Shown one piece after another: positions 7,948 through 18,993 of a stretch of DNA of 54,975 nucleotides. The notes below the pieces were generated by a model. It saw nothing but the letters and a program-made list of their open reading frames with translations. It was not told the origin of the DNA and made no database searches. The position numbers and the translations under genes are program-made. The DNA is from Limisphaerales bacterium (lineage in GTDB: Bacteria; Verrucomicrobiota; Verrucomicrobiia; Limisphaerales; JAYPEY01): contig JBLHKZ010000003.1 in NCBI GenBank assembly GCA_047618185.1, forward strand, positions 1-54,975, read 5' to 3'. How positions within the stretch are numbered: position 1 is the first letter of the stretch; every line of letters begins with the position of its first letter.

Positions 7948-10900
7948 GTGAAGAAAGACGAAACCAAAGCATCAACAGGAGTCGCCGCGCCAAAGCCCCG
8001 CCGATCAACTCGGCGTCGACTGCTGCGCGCGACCGGCCTTGTTGCGTTGGCCCTGGCGCTCCTCCTGGCTTTCCATCCGATCTGGCAGCCCTGGGTCATG
8101 GGGCCCGTTCTGCGCCAGTATGGCGTGGCGTTCTCAGCCTACGATCGCATCGGGTATTCACGATTCGCCCTGCTCGACGGGACTTTCGAAAAAGACGGGA
8201 TCTCCTTTGATTTCAAGCGTCTGGAGGCGCCGACGGCGGGAGCGTTACTTTGGACGCGTTGCTTCAGAAACGACGCGTCAAAGACAAGTCGCCCCACGCT
8301 GAATCTGGCCGGCTGGCGGCTTGAAATTACGCCCGCAAGTTCACCCGACCCAACGCCCGAGGGTCTCGATTCGACGGCGGCCGTTCTGGATCTCATCTCC
8401 TCCCAGCTGCCCGAGGCGCGCGCATGGATTCCTTCGATCAAGATGACCAATGGCATCGTGCGGGCGCTGGACGAGCGCATCCAGATTCCCTCGCTGGATT
8501 GGAACGACGGCCGGCTACGGATAGACGCGCGCACAGATCGGTTTTCCGGCGACATGGTTTGTGAGATCGACGCCACCGGAGACAAGAAATTCGCCATCAA
8601 GATGGAGGCTCCCGCGCTTGGGATTCGATCCAGCGCCAGCCTTTCCAAATCCGATGGAAACTGGCCGCTGACCGGAACGCTGGAATGGCGGACCAACCGC
8701 GTCGGATTTACCGCGCTCTTCACCGACGATGACTGGCCGCCGCTGACTGCGGAGATTGCTGCGAGGGAACTGCGGATTCCCGGGCCACTGGCGCGCCTCG
8801 ATGGCTACCGTGAAATCAAGGGCGCTTTCAACGCGCGTTGGGCAGATGCGCGGTATGAGCTGGTCGCCGACGCGACAGCGACCGACGAATCGGGTTTGCC
8901 ACCGATCGTGGCGGGCTTCTCGGCGACGGGGGATTTGGCTTCCGTCCGGATCACCCGCGCGGAAGCAAGCGCGCGCGGTCTGCGAATTGCACAAGCCGAA
9001 CCTCTGGAGATCCGTTTTGCCGACGGACTGAACATGGACGCGGCGGAACTGCGAATCGCTTTGGATCTGGATCGGGCGTCCGGGGCGCTGGTCACCGGCG
9101 AGGTCACAGGCAATGTCCGCCTGCTGCCGCGCGCCGGCGAGCTGCCCAAGATCCGGGCGACCCTTGCCAGCGACACAACGGCATGGCGGGATTGGAAGTT
9201 GAGCTCGGCGGCGCTTCGCTGCTCCCTCGTCTGGCCGGAACTCCTGGTTCAGGAAATTGCCGCGCAACTGGAGGACGGTTCTCGATTCACGGCCGAAGCC
9301 CGGCTCGATCTCGCCCATCAGCGAATCCTCTCCAGCCGTTGGAGCTTGTCGGGAAATGCGTTGAACCGGCTCCTGCCCGCGGGCGCCGATACGAAGTCTC
9401 TCGAGGCATCGGGGAAAATTGAGGGCAGTTTCCCATCGCTGGCGCACACGACGCAGATCACGATTAGGGAATTGTCGCTTCCCGGTCTCGCCCCGGCGGA
9501 TGTTGAAGCCAGCTGGCGGGGCAAGGGAGCGGAGGCAACGATCGACCGGCTCGAGTGGCGCGCCGCGAATTCGACGGCGCGGATTTCCGGACGCCTCACA
9601 CTGCTGGCCGCGGACGGGCCAAGGGGCGCCAAACTGGCGTTGAAAACCATGGAGCTCGTGAAGGCCGATCAAACGCTCCTGCAGCTGGAATCGGAAACCC
9701 AGCTCCAACTCCTGCTGGATACGACTCGAGGCGGCTGGAGCGTGCGTTCCGGCGATCTTCGCCTCGCCGAGGGCAAGCGAAGCTTCGCGCTCGATGTCGC
9801 GCTGCAGTCCGATGGCGCGCAATCCATCCGCGCCGCCGCGCAGGCGCTCCCGCTCAACGATTTCAGCGAATTCCTGGCCCGTCCCATTCCTGGCGACATC
9901 ACGATTTCACGCCTTGCGGCTAACGCCTCCTGGAGCAATGGTCCGATCGCTTTTGCACTCGAAGTCGAAGCCGCAACTCTGGCGCCTGACGGCAAACCCA
10001 TTACGGTCAAGGGCAAAGCCCAAGGCGCTCCGGCGGGCGTGCGGATCGAATCCTTGACGCTCTCCGGCCAATCTTCCGAGATCATTCACACCGTCGGTTT
10101 CGCGCCGTTGATCGTCGTCCCGAGCGCGGGGAAAAATGCGCTGCAATTCGCGCCGGGGCAGTCGTTCGACCTGAACGTCACCGTGGAAACCAACCGCGTC
10201 TTTTGGAGTCGGGTTGCGGAACTGACCTCCGTGCGGATTGAAGAACCCGACATCCGGCTGCATCTGGGCGGAATGCCTGAATCTTTGAACGGAACCCTGC
10301 GGGCGTCCTTTGCAACCGCCGCCTGGGAGCGAAAGATCGGGTCGCTGGTTCCGCCGCGAATGGAGGCGATCGAGATCGACGCCGAACTAAACAAGGGCGC
10401 CGCCAGGCTAAAAAAGGCTGAATTCCAGATCGAGGGTCAGACCGTTCGGATCGACGCTTCGCTGCCCATCGACACGGACTTCCGGCTTGGTCTTACCAAG
10501 CGTCCGGAGCCGCCCAACTGGCGGGACGGCGAGGCGCGTATTCGCCTGTCCAACGCGCAGGTGGCGCCGTTTCAACGCTACTTGCCCGCGACACTGCGAC
10601 CTCAGGGTTCGATGGACGCGAACCTGAAGTGGCGGGCCGGCGGCGGCCTCGACGGCTTCGTGAAATTGCGCGGCGCCGCCACGCTTCCGCTCCCCGCCAT
10701 TGGGCCAGTTCGCGACATCGCCGCTCACGTTGAATTCGGCGGACGTGAGGCGATATTGAAATCCTTCTCCGGCGCGCTGGGCGACGAGCCCGTGTTCGTC
10801 GCCGGGAGAATCGCCCTGCCGCAAGACGGCTTGCCCCGCTTCGAATTCAGCCTGCGTGGAACCAATGTTTCCCTCGTGCGCCAGCCTGGAACAATCGTCC

Positions 10901-11709
10901 GCAGCGATCTCGATCTGCTCATCTCGCTCACCAACGGAACGCCGCTGCTGTCCGGCACGGCGACGCTTCGCGACAGCGCCTTCTTCCAGGATCTGCGCGT
11001 GCTGCGTGGTAAAGTTCGCCAGTCCGAACGGCGCTACCCCTTCTTCCAGATCGACGATCCCGCGCTCTCCGCGTGGAGGCTCGACCTGCGCGTGAAGGGC
11101 GACCAGTTCCTGAAGACGCGCACGCCCTGGTTTCGCGGCGTCGCCTCCGCCGATTTCCACCTCGGAGGAACCCTGGGCAATCCCGTGGCGCCGGGATTCG
11201 TGCGCGTGGATTCCGGCGTCGCGCAATTTCCCTTCGGGTTTCTGGACGTGTCGTCGGGAAGGGCCACGGTGGAACTGGCCGCGCCGCATCAAATGAAGCT
11301 CAACGTCGCCGCGTCTGGAAGCGCATTCGACTACAGCATCACCATGAAGGTCGAAGGGTCCCTCGAGGAGCCACGCGTGATCTTCTCCTCCTCGCCGCCG
11401 CTGAACTCCCAGCAGATTCTCCTGATGCTCACCGCCGGGCAAATTCCGCGGGACGACATTCATCTGACCAGCCAGCAAAAGGCGGCGCGCATCGCCGTGT
11501 ATCTGGGCAAGGATCTGCTCGCGCGGCTGGGAGCGGAGCCGGATCAGGCGGACCGCCTGACCATTCGTTCCGGAGAAAACGTCACCGATCAGGGACGGCT
11601 CAGCTACTCGCTGGAATACCGCCTGACCGATCGTTGGTCCGCGGTCGGCGAGTACGACCGATTCAGCGCGGTCAACGCCGGCCTCAAATGGAGGATCTAT
11701 TCCAAATGA
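7948..11709 (+). CDS. tamB: TamB/AsmA-like translocation-and-assembly module protein
   Basis: Long beta-rich protein with an N-terminal TM and a C-terminal DUF490-like region (FSSSPPLNSQQILLML...LEYRLTDRWS...GLKWRIYSK). Its stop overlaps the Omp85 ATG (ATGA). Start is uncertain (GTG 7948; ORF open from 7846). Confidence 0.8.
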   Translation: MKKDETKASTGVAAPKPRRSTRRRLLRATGLVALALALLLAFHPIWQPWVMGPVLRQYGVAFSAYDRIGYSRFALLDGTFEKDGISFDFKRLEAPTAGALLWTRCFRNDASKTSRPTLNLAGWRLEITPASSPDPTPEGLDSTAAVLDLISSQLPEARAWIPSIKMTNGIVRALDERIQIPSLDWNDGRLRIDARTDRFSGDMVCEIDATGDKKFAIKMEAPALGIRSSASLSKSDGNWPLTGTLEWRTNRVGFTALFTDDDWPPLTAEIAARELRIPGPLARLDGYREIKGAFNARWADARYELVADATATDESGLPPIVAGFSATGDLASVRITRAEASARGLRIAQAEPLEIRFADGLNMDAAELRIALDLDRASGALVTGEVTGNVRLLPRAGELPKIRATLASDTTAWRDWKLSSAALRCSLVWPELLVQEIAAQLEDGSRFTAEARLDLAHQRILSSRWSLSGNALNRLLPAGADTKSLEASGKIEGSFPSLAHTTQITIRELSLPGLAPADVEASWRGKGAEATIDRLEWRAANSTARISGRLTLLAADGPRGAKLALKTMELVKADQTLLQLESETQLQLLLDTTRGGWSVRSGDLRLAEGKRSFALDVALQSDGAQSIRAAAQALPLNDFSEFLARPIPGDITISRLAANASWSNGPIAFALEVEAATLAPDGKPITVKGKAQGAPAGVRIESLTLSGQSSEIIHTVGFAPLIVVPSAGKNALQFAPGQSFDLNVTVETNRVFWSRVAELTSVRIEEPDIRLHLGGMPESLNGTLRASFATAAWERKIGSLVPPRMEAIEIDAELNKGAARLKKAEFQIEGQTVRIDASLPIDTDFRLGLTKRPEPPNWRDGEARIRLSNAQVAPFQRYLPATLRPQGSMDANLKWRAGGGLDGFVKLRGAATLPLPAIGPVRDIAAHVEFGGREAILKSFSGALGDEPVFVAGRIALPQDGLPRFEFSLRGTNVSLVRQPGTIVRSDLDLLISLTNGTPLLSGTATLRDSAFFQDLRVLRGKVRQSERRYPFFQIDDPALSAWRLDLRVKGDQFLKTRTPWFRGVASADFHLGGTLGNPVAPGFVRVDSGVAQFPFGFLDVSSGRATVELAAPHQMKLNVAASGSAFDYSITMKVEGSLEEPRVIFSSSPPLNSQQILLMLTAGQIPRDDIHLTSQQKAARIAVYLGKDLLARLGAEPDQADRLTIRSGENVTDQGRLSYSLEYRLTDRWSAVGEYDRFSAVNAGLKWRIYSK

Positions 11710-13823
11710 GCGCCGCTGGTTTTTCCTGGCGCGCGCGTTGCGTTCGATTTTTGACCGGCGCTCTCGTTCTGACAGGGGTCGGCGGCGCGATTGCGGGGGA
11801 TAAGCAACCCGCGCTCATCGACGTTTCGGGCGCGGGGTTCTTCCGCAATCGAGAGTTGAAGAAAAACATCAAACTGCTGCTGCCCGGGAAAGATCCGGCG
11901 CGCGCATTGACCGCGAACTTTATCGAAGACTCCGCCTTGATTCTTTTCGCCCAACTGAGTGACGACGGCTATCTCTCGCCGACGCTCAAGGTCGTCGCAA
12001 AACTTCCCTCGGGCGAGGACGTCCGTAGAACCTGGCGGAGCCAAGTGAGCGACCCATTGCCCCGGCCGCTGCGGGCCGCGAGCGTCGCGTTTCGAATCGA
12101 TCGGGGGCGGTTCTACCACTACGACCGGCTGACGATCGAGGACCTCGAGGTCATTGGGAAGAAGGAAGCAAAGGCGTATTTCTACCAGACGGAAACCCTG
12201 GTTGGCCCGCAACGACAGCGTGTGTTCAGTCCGGGGCGTCTGGAGAAATCCATGGCCGAGTTGAAGGCGGAGCTGGCAGGTCGCGGCTTCGCCGACGCTA
12301 CGGTCACGGCGACGGACCCGGATCGCAACGACGAGACTGGCGCGGTCACCGTTCGCGTTGAAGTCGTCGAGGGCAAGCCGTCTCGAATTCGCAACGTGAC
12401 GACTCTGATTCGGGAACGGGCGGGCGGGCCCGTGGCGAGCGAGCGCGAACTTCGGCCCGATCTCGCGTATTCGCGCGGCTGGGTTCAGGACTTCGTTCAG
12501 GGGCTACAGGTCGAGCAGTATCGCAAAGGCTTTCCAGACGCCGCGGTGGAGGTGAAGCGCACCCGCAGCCCCGGCGAATCCGAGGTCGCCGTCGATCTGG
12601 CGACGGAGGTTGTCACCGGCCCGGCCATCGTCATCGGAGAGGTCAGCTTCGAGGGCCGGGAGAAAACCAAACCCTCGGTTCTCAAGCGGCACATCTCGCT
12701 CAAGCCCGGGCAGCCGCTGGATCGCACTCAGGCCGAGCTGGGGCGGCACCGCCTATCGCGGCTCGGCATCTTCGACAGCGTCGGGATGCGCTTCGACGCA
12801 ACCAACGACCCGATTCGAAACGTGGTCTACGAACTCAAGGAGGGACGCAAGATCGACCTGAGCGTGCTCTTTGGCTACGGCAGCTACGAGTTGCTTCGCG
12901 GCGGGGTCGAGCTGGAGCAGTTCAATGTCTTCGGCCGCGCCCATCACGCCCGCCTGCGCGCCGCGCAATCCTTCCGCGCCTCCACCTTCGACTACGACTA
13001 CAGTTTCCCGGAGACCGGCAAGCGCGCCATCAATGTGTTTCTAAACGCCAACGCGCTACGCCGTGAGGAGATCGATTTTGTCCGCGAAGAATTTGGCGGC
13101 GTGGTCGGCGCGGGACGCTTCGTGCCGGCCATCGACAGCACGGTAAGCCTCCGTTACACCCATCAACTGCTCAACGCGTCCGAAGCCGGCGAGGCCCTCC
13201 CCATCGGGCTGGCCAGCGCGCGCGTCGCCTCGCTCACCTTCGACATCAACCACGACCAGCTCGACAATCCCCTGGTCCCGCGCAAGGGCTTCAAAGGATT
13301 CGGCTCCTTCGAATTCGCCTCGGCCGGGCTGGGCGGTGAGGTCGATTATCAACGCATCGATGTCGGCGCCGCCTATCATCGCAAGCTCCTCGACGGACTG
13401 TTCTTCCACGTCGGGCTGCGACACGGCAACGCCCTGACCCTGGGCGGCAACAGCGGCAATCTTCCGTTCAACAAGCGCTTCTTTCCGGGCGGGGAAAACT
13501 CCATTCGCGGATTTCTCCGGGGTGAAGCCGCGCCGCGCAACGCAGGCGGCGAGCTGGTTGGCGCGGCCACCTACATGCAGGGCAACATTGAGCTGGAGCA
13601 GCTACTGACCCGCTCCTGGTCCCTGGTTGTCTTCGCGGATGGCGTCGGCTTCTCGCAGAACCTCGCTGACTATCCTTTTGACGAAACGCTTTTCTCAGTC
13701 GGCGGGGGCATACGATGGAAAACCATCATCGGACCCGCCCGCCTCGAGTACGGCCACAACCTCAATCCCCGCGGCTTCGATCCCTCAGGCACACTGCACT
13801 TCTCAGTCGGTTACCCGTTTTGA
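11706..13823 (+). CDS. Omp85/TamA-BamA family outer-membrane protein with POTRA domains
   Basis: POTRA-like repeats, the FFPGGENSIRGF loop-6 motif and a C-terminal LHFSVGYPF beta-signal. The true start is ATG 11706. Confidence 0.9.
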   Translation: MSAAGFSWRARCVRFLTGALVLTGVGGAIAGDKQPALIDVSGAGFFRNRELKKNIKLLLPGKDPARALTANFIEDSALILFAQLSDDGYLSPTLKVVAKLPSGEDVRRTWRSQVSDPLPRPLRAASVAFRIDRGRFYHYDRLTIEDLEVIGKKEAKAYFYQTETLVGPQRQRVFSPGRLEKSMAELKAELAGRGFADATVTATDPDRNDETGAVTVRVEVVEGKPSRIRNVTTLIRERAGGPVASERELRPDLAYSRGWVQDFVQGLQVEQYRKGFPDAAVEVKRTRSPGESEVAVDLATEVVTGPAIVIGEVSFEGREKTKPSVLKRHISLKPGQPLDRTQAELGRHRLSRLGIFDSVGMRFDATNDPIRNVVYELKEGRKIDLSVLFGYGSYELLRGGVELEQFNVFGRAHHARLRAAQSFRASTFDYDYSFPETGKRAINVFLNANALRREEIDFVREEFGGVVGAGRFVPAIDSTVSLRYTHQLLNASEAGEALPIGLASARVASLTFDINHDQLDNPLVPRKGFKGFGSFEFASAGLGGEVDYQRIDVGAAYHRKLLDGLFFHVGLRHGNALTLGGNSGNLPFNKRFFPGGENSIRGFLRGEAAPRNAGGELVGAATYMQGNIELEQLLTRSWSLVVFADGVGFSQNLADYPFDETLFSVGGGIRWKTIIGPARLEYGHNLNPRGFDPSGTLHFSVGYPF

Positions 13824-13960
13824 CGCACGGCGGATCGAAGCTCCGCACGCCGTTCCACCGCCCGACCTTTCGATACTGGTGATGCATTGACAAATTGAGC
13901 GAAGGCCTTTTTGAACAAAGAGGTCACAATTGCTCTGCAAATAAGTTAGAAGCGTCCGCC

Positions 13961-14923
13961 ATGCCCGTTGCTTTTCAAGATTACTACCAGACATTGGGCG
14001 TTTCGAAGGACGCGCCGCAGGACGAGGTCAAGAAGGCCTTCCGCGATCTCGCGCGAAAGCATCACCCTGACGTCGCCAAGGACAAGGCCGGCGGGGAGGA
14101 AAAATTCAAGACCATCAACGAGGCCTACGAGGTGCTCGGCAATCCCGAGAATCGGAAGAAATACGACGCGTTGGGCGCCGACTGGAGGAAGGGAGGCGCG
14201 GGACCCTCTCCGGGCGGGCCGCAGCCGGGCGCGCAGGGCGGACAGGAGTTCCACTTTGACGGAACGGGATTCAGCGATTTTTTCGAACAGTATTTCAGCG
14301 GTCGCGACGGCGGCGACTTGTTCGGGGGAGCGACGCGAGCCGGCGGCGGACGAAAGATTCAAGCCAAGGGAAGGGATATCGAAGGCGACCTGCTCGTCAC
14401 GCTGCTGGAGGTAACGACCGGATCGGTGCGCGCCGTTTCGCTCCAGCGGGTCGACTCGCAAACGGGAAAGAGCGAGAAGGAGACAATCCGCATTCGCGTG
14501 CCTCGTGGCGTTCTGGCCGGCCAGATCATTCGCGTCGCCGGCAAGGGCGGGGCCGGCTTCAACGGTGGCCCGCCGGGCGACATGTTCCTCCGAACACGCT
14601 TCGCCAGGGATCCCAACTTCCGGACTTCGGGCGTCGATCTGTATCACGACCTGCCGCTGGCCCCCTGGGAGGCGGTTCTCGGCGTCACGCTTTCGGTCCC
14701 GACGCTCGATCAGCCCGTCACGTTGAAGATTCCGCCCAACAGCCGCGCGGGTCAAAAGCTGCGCGTCCGCGGCCGGGGGCTTCCCGGGCGCAATGACAAG
14801 GTGGGCGATCTGATCGTCGCGCTCTCGATCGAAATGCCGCCAGAGACCGGCGAGGAAGAGAACGAAGCCTGGCGCGCGTTGGCGGAGAAATCAAAATTCG
14901 ACCCCAGGAAACCAACGGCATGA
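13961..14923 (+). CDS. cbpA: Type II DnaJ / curved DNA-binding protein CbpA-like
   Basis: J-domain DYYQTLGV...HHPD, G/F region and DnaJ_C domain; no CxxCxGxG zinc finger. Confidence 0.88.
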   Translation: MPVAFQDYYQTLGVSKDAPQDEVKKAFRDLARKHHPDVAKDKAGGEEKFKTINEAYEVLGNPENRKKYDALGADWRKGGAGPSPGGPQPGAQGGQEFHFDGTGFSDFFEQYFSGRDGGDLFGGATRAGGGRKIQAKGRDIEGDLLVTLLEVTTGSVRAVSLQRVDSQTGKSEKETIRIRVPRGVLAGQIIRVAGKGGAGFNGGPPGDMFLRTRFARDPNFRTSGVDLYHDLPLAPWEAVLGVTLSVPTLDQPVTLKIPPNSRAGQKLRVRGRGLPGRNDKVGDLIVALSIEMPPETGEEENEAWRALAEKSKFDPRKPTA

Positions 14924-15258
14924 ACGACAATTCGACATCCCCTGATCGACCGCACGAAGAGCTGGAGCCGTTTCAACCCGGGCCCGGCGCAGTGTATTCG
15001 CTGGAAACGACCGCGCGTCATGGGGGAGTCACCAGACGGACCCTGTTAATTTACTGGAAACACGGAATGGTGCGCCCGCGGGACCCGTCCCCGGACGAGG
15101 CTCCGTTCTTCACCGATGAGGCCATCCAGCGGATTCGCCACATCGAGTTTCTCAGGACGGCCCACGGCGCCAATCTGGCCAGCGTCAAAATCATCCTGAG
15201 CCTTTCGCAGGAACTCGAACGCCTGCAGGAGGAACTGAACTTTCTGCGCAAGATCTGA
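14920..15258 (+). CDS. cbpM: MerR-type chaperone modulator CbpM/HspR-like
   Basis: Overlaps the cbpA stop (ATGA). [25 protein letters not shown] followed by a coiled coil. Confidence 0.75.
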   Translation: MNDNSTSPDRPHEELEPFQPGPGAVYSLETTARHGGVTRRTLLIYWKHGMVRPRDPSPDEAPFFTDEAIQRIRHIEFLRTAHGANLASVKIILSLSQELERLQEELNFLRKI

Positions 15259-15304
15259 TCAGCCAGACTTTCGCGCGTTGGCGCCACCCCAATTTAATTC
15301 AACC

Positions 15305-17671
15305 ATGAGCAAGACACTCGGCGACAAGGAACTCAACGCCATCGACGCCTATTGGCGCGCCGCCAACTACCTGTCCGTTGGCCAGATCTATCTCTTCGAC
15401 AATCCCCTGCTCAAAGAGCCGCTGAAACGCGAGCACATCAAGCCGCGCCTGCTGGGGCACTGGGGAACGACACCCGGCCTCAATTTCATCTACGCCCACC
15501 TGAATCGCGTGATCAAGGACCGGGACCTCGACATGATCTACATCATCGGGCCCGGCCACGGCGGACCCGCCATCGTCGCCAACACCTATCTCGAAGGCAG
15601 CTACTCCGAACATTATCCGAATGTCTCGCAGGACACCGGCGGCATGAAGCGCCTGTTTAAGCAGTTCTCTTTTCCGGGGGGAATACCGAGTCACGTGGCG
15701 CCCCAAGTTCCGGGTTCCATCCACGAGGGCGGGGAGCTCGGCTATGCGCTGTCGCACGCCTACGGCGCGGCCTTCGACAATCCCGACCTGATCGTCTCCT
15801 GCGTCGTTGGCGACGGCGAGGCCGAGACCGGCCCGCTCGCGGCGTCATGGCACTCCAACAAATTCCTCAACCCCGCGCGCGACGGCGCCGTATTGCCGAT
15901 CCTGCACCTGAACGGCTACAAGATCGCCAATCCGACCTTGCTCGCCCGCATCAGTCATAAGGAGCTCGAAAGCCTGTTTGTCGGCTACGGCTACAAACCC
16001 TATTTCGTCGAAGGCTCCGACCCGGGCGACATGCACGGCAAGATGGCCGAAACGCTCGACACGGTTCTCGGGGAAATCAAGGCCATCCAGGACGCCGCCC
16101 GAAACGACGGCGCGACGAAGCGCCCACTCTGGCCGATGATCGTGCTCCGTTCGCCCAAGGGCTGGACCGGGCCAAAGGAGGTCGACGGCAAAAAGACCGA
16201 GGATTTCTGGCGCTCGCACCAGGTTCCTTTCTCCGACACGGCGAGCAATCCCGAACACGTCAGCCTGCTCGAATCGTGGATGAAGAGCTACCAGCCCGAG
16301 GAATTGTTCGACGAGGAGGGAAAGCTGATTCCCGAACTCGCGGCGCTGGCTCCGACCGGCGCGCGGCGAATGGGATCGAATCCCCACGCCAACGGCGGAA
16401 CCCTCCTGCGCAGCCTGCGCATGCCGGACTTTCGAGACTACGCCGTCGATGTCGTCCATCCTGGCGAATCGGAGGGGGAGTCGACCCGTGTCATGGGCGT
16501 CTTCCTGCGCGACGTCATGAAGTTGAATCTCGAACGAAAGAACTTTCGCGTCTTTGGCCCGGATGAAACCGCTTCAAACCGCCTCGGCGCGATCTTCGAA
16601 GTGACGGATCGCACCTGGCTGGATGAGCAGATTCCCGAGGACGATCATCTCGCGGCCGATGGCAGGGTCATGGAGATCCTCAGCGAGCACACCTGCCAGG
16701 GCTGGCTGGAAGGCTACCTGCTGACTGGCCGCCATGGGCTCTTCTCCTGCTACGAGGCATTCATTCACATCATCGATTCCATGTTCAACCAGCACGCCAA
16801 GTGGCTAAAGGTGACGCGCAAGGAAATCCCCTGGCGGCGGCCCATCGCCTCGCTCAATTACCTGCTCACCTCGCATGTCTGGCGGCAGGATCACAACGGG
16901 TTCAGCCATCAGGACCCCGGATTCATCGATCACGTCGTCAATAAGAAGGCGGACGTCGTGCGCTGCTATTTCCCCCCGGATGCCAATACGCTGCTCTCCG
17001 TGACCGATCACTGCCTGCGCAGCCGCGATTATGTGAATGTCATCGTCGCCGGCAAACAAATGGCGCCGCAGTGGCTGGACATGGACGCGGCTATCAAGCA
17101 CTGCACGGCCGGCATTGGCATGTGGGAATGGGCGAGCAACGACAAAGGCTCCGAGCCGGATGTTGTGATGGGCTGCTGTGGCGATGTGCCCACGCTCGAA
17201 ACGCTCGCGGCGATCGATCTTCTGCGCGAGCTGGTTCCCGACCTGAAGATTCGAGTCGTCAACGTGGTCGATCTGATGACGCTTCAAAGTCATGAAGAGC
17301 ATCCCCACGGTCTGCGGGACAAGGAATTCGACGTGCTGTTCACCACCGACAAGCCGATCATCTTCGCCTACCACGGCTATCCCTGGCTGATTCATCGACT
17401 GACCTATCGGCGGACGAATCATCGGAACCTGCACGTTCGCGGCTACAAGGAAGAAGGCACGACTTCAACGCCCTTTGACATGGTTGTGCGCAACGATTTG
17501 GACCGCTTTCATCTCGTGAGCGACGTCATCGATCGCGTTCCGCGACTCGGCAGCGTCGCGGCCTATGCAAAACAGGCCATGCGCGACAAGCTGATCGAGC
17601 ACAAGGAGTACATCACCCGCCACGGGGAGGACATGCCGGAGATTCGCGACTGGAAATGGCCGCACAAATAG
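15305..17671 (+). CDS. xfp: Xylulose-5-P/fructose-6-P phosphoketolase
   Basis: Motifs [34 protein letters not shown] and [12 protein letters not shown]. Confidence 0.97.
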   Translation: MSKTLGDKELNAIDAYWRAANYLSVGQIYLFDNPLLKEPLKREHIKPRLLGHWGTTPGLNFIYAHLNRVIKDRDLDMIYIIGPGHGGPAIVANTYLEGSYSEHYPNVSQDTGGMKRLFKQFSFPGGIPSHVAPQVPGSIHEGGELGYALSHAYGAAFDNPDLIVSCVVGDGEAETGPLAASWHSNKFLNPARDGAVLPILHLNGYKIANPTLLARISHKELESLFVGYGYKPYFVEGSDPGDMHGKMAETLDTVLGEIKAIQDAARNDGATKRPLWPMIVLRSPKGWTGPKEVDGKKTEDFWRSHQVPFSDTASNPEHVSLLESWMKSYQPEELFDEEGKLIPELAALAPTGARRMGSNPHANGGTLLRSLRMPDFRDYAVDVVHPGESEGESTRVMGVFLRDVMKLNLERKNFRVFGPDETASNRLGAIFEVTDRTWLDEQIPEDDHLAADGRVMEILSEHTCQGWLEGYLLTGRHGLFSCYEAFIHIIDSMFNQHAKWLKVTRKEIPWRRPIASLNYLLTSHVWRQDHNGFSHQDPGFIDHVVNKKADVVRCYFPPDANTLLSVTDHCLRSRDYVNVIVAGKQMAPQWLDMDAAIKHCTAGIGMWEWASNDKGSEPDVVMGCCGDVPTLETLAAIDLLRELVPDLKIRVVNVVDLMTLQSHEEHPHGLRDKEFDVLFTTDKPIIFAYHGYPWLIHRLTYRRTNHRNLHVRGYKEEGTTSTPFDMVVRNDLDRFHLVSDVIDRVPRLGSVAAYAKQAMRDKLIEHKEYITRHGEDMPEIRDWKWPHK

Positions 17672-17689
17672 GCGCAAATCGCGCCGGAC

Positions 17690-18874
17690 ATGAAGAGCAT
17701 CCTTGCCATCAACAGCGGCTCCTCGTCGCTGAAGTTCGCGCTGTTTCGCGCCGACTCGTCGGGCCTTTCGCCCATCGCGCGTGGAGCAGTCGAACGCATC
17801 GGGCAGCCCGCCGGTTTTCTGCGCATCGAGGACGCCGACGGCCAATCTCTTCTGCGCCTGGACTCTGAATATCCCGAGACCGTCACGGCCGTTCGCGCAA
17901 CAATGGAAGGCCTGGGGCGGCTGGAGCTGCCCGCGCCCGAGGTCGTCGGACACCGCATCGTCCATGGCGGTCCGAATCACTTAAGGCCCGAACGCGTCAC
18001 GCCTGAACTCCTTGAAGATCTGCGAGGGCTGACGCCGTTTGCCCCGCTTCATACGCCCAGTGCGGTCGCCGCCATCGAGGCCGTCCGCGTCCGCTATCCA
18101 ACGGCGCCGCAGATCGCCTGCTTTGACACCGGCTTCTTCGCGGACATGCCGGACGTCGCCAAACGGCTCCCGCTTCCGCGCGAGTTTCGGGACACGGGTG
18201 TCCGCCGCTACGGATTTCACGGGCTTTCCTACGAATCGATCGTCGAGCAACTCGGCGACGAAGTCTTGCCTCGAACGATCATCGCCCACCTCGGCAACGG
18301 CGTCAGCATGGCCGCGCTGCGCGACGGTCGCCCCGTGGACACGACGATGGGTTTCACACCCAACGGCGGCTGCGTCATGGGCACCCGCACCGGCGACATC
18401 GACCCCGGGACATTGCTGTACCTGATGCATGAAAAGGGGATGAACGTCGACGATCTGGATCGCCTGGTGAACAGGGAATCCGGCCTGCTTGGGATTTCAG
18501 GAATAAGCCGCGACATGCAAACACTGCTTGAGAAACAGGCGGATCATCCCGCCGCCGCCGAAGCAGTCGAATCCTTTTGCCACAGCGCCCGCAAGAATAT
18601 CGGCGCGCTGGCCACAACACTGAGCGGATTGGATCTGCTGGTGTTTACCGGCGGCATCGGTGAGCGGTCGCCGGAGATTCGGTTCCGCATTTGTGAGGGA
18701 CTGTCGTTCCTGGGCATTGAGCTGGATACGGAGCGAAATCAATCCGACTCGGCAGTGATTTCAAAGGATGGCGCCGGCTGCGTCGTGCTTGCGATGCAGA
18801 CCGACGAAGATCTCACGATCGCCCGACATACTTCGCGCTTGAGTTCCGGGCTTGAAGGCGACGGATCCGACTAG
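17690..18874 (+). CDS. ackA: Acetate kinase
   Basis: Motifs INSGSSSLK, GHRIVHGG, RRYGFHGLS, HLGNG, MGTRTGDIDPG and FTGGIGE. Confidence 0.95.
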   Translation: MKSILAINSGSSSLKFALFRADSSGLSPIARGAVERIGQPAGFLRIEDADGQSLLRLDSEYPETVTAVRATMEGLGRLELPAPEVVGHRIVHGGPNHLRPERVTPELLEDLRGLTPFAPLHTPSAVAAIEAVRVRYPTAPQIACFDTGFFADMPDVAKRLPLPREFRDTGVRRYGFHGLSYESIVEQLGDEVLPRTIIAHLGNGVSMAALRDGRPVDTTMGFTPNGGCVMGTRTGDIDPGTLLYLMHEKGMNVDDLDRLVNRESGLLGISGISRDMQTLLEKQADHPAAAEAVESFCHSARKNIGALATTLSGLDLLVFTGGIGERSPEIRFRICEGLSFLGIELDTERNQSDSAVISKDGAGCVVLAMQTDEDLTIARHTSRLSSGLEGDGSD

Positions 18875-18993
18875 CGCCGCGGGCGACGTCGAAAGCTTGG
18901 GATTGCAACGGACAGGACTGCGGCGCTAACACAGGGGCAGCCCACGACAAACCCGCGTGAGATCGACCGACTCAATGTCCCGTCCGTGACTCC

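Noticed and set aside
13885-13950. TTGACA and a possible HAIR/CIRCE operator upstream of cbpA
   Set aside because: No convincing -10 at the correct spacing and no match to the HAIR or CIRCE inverted repeats.
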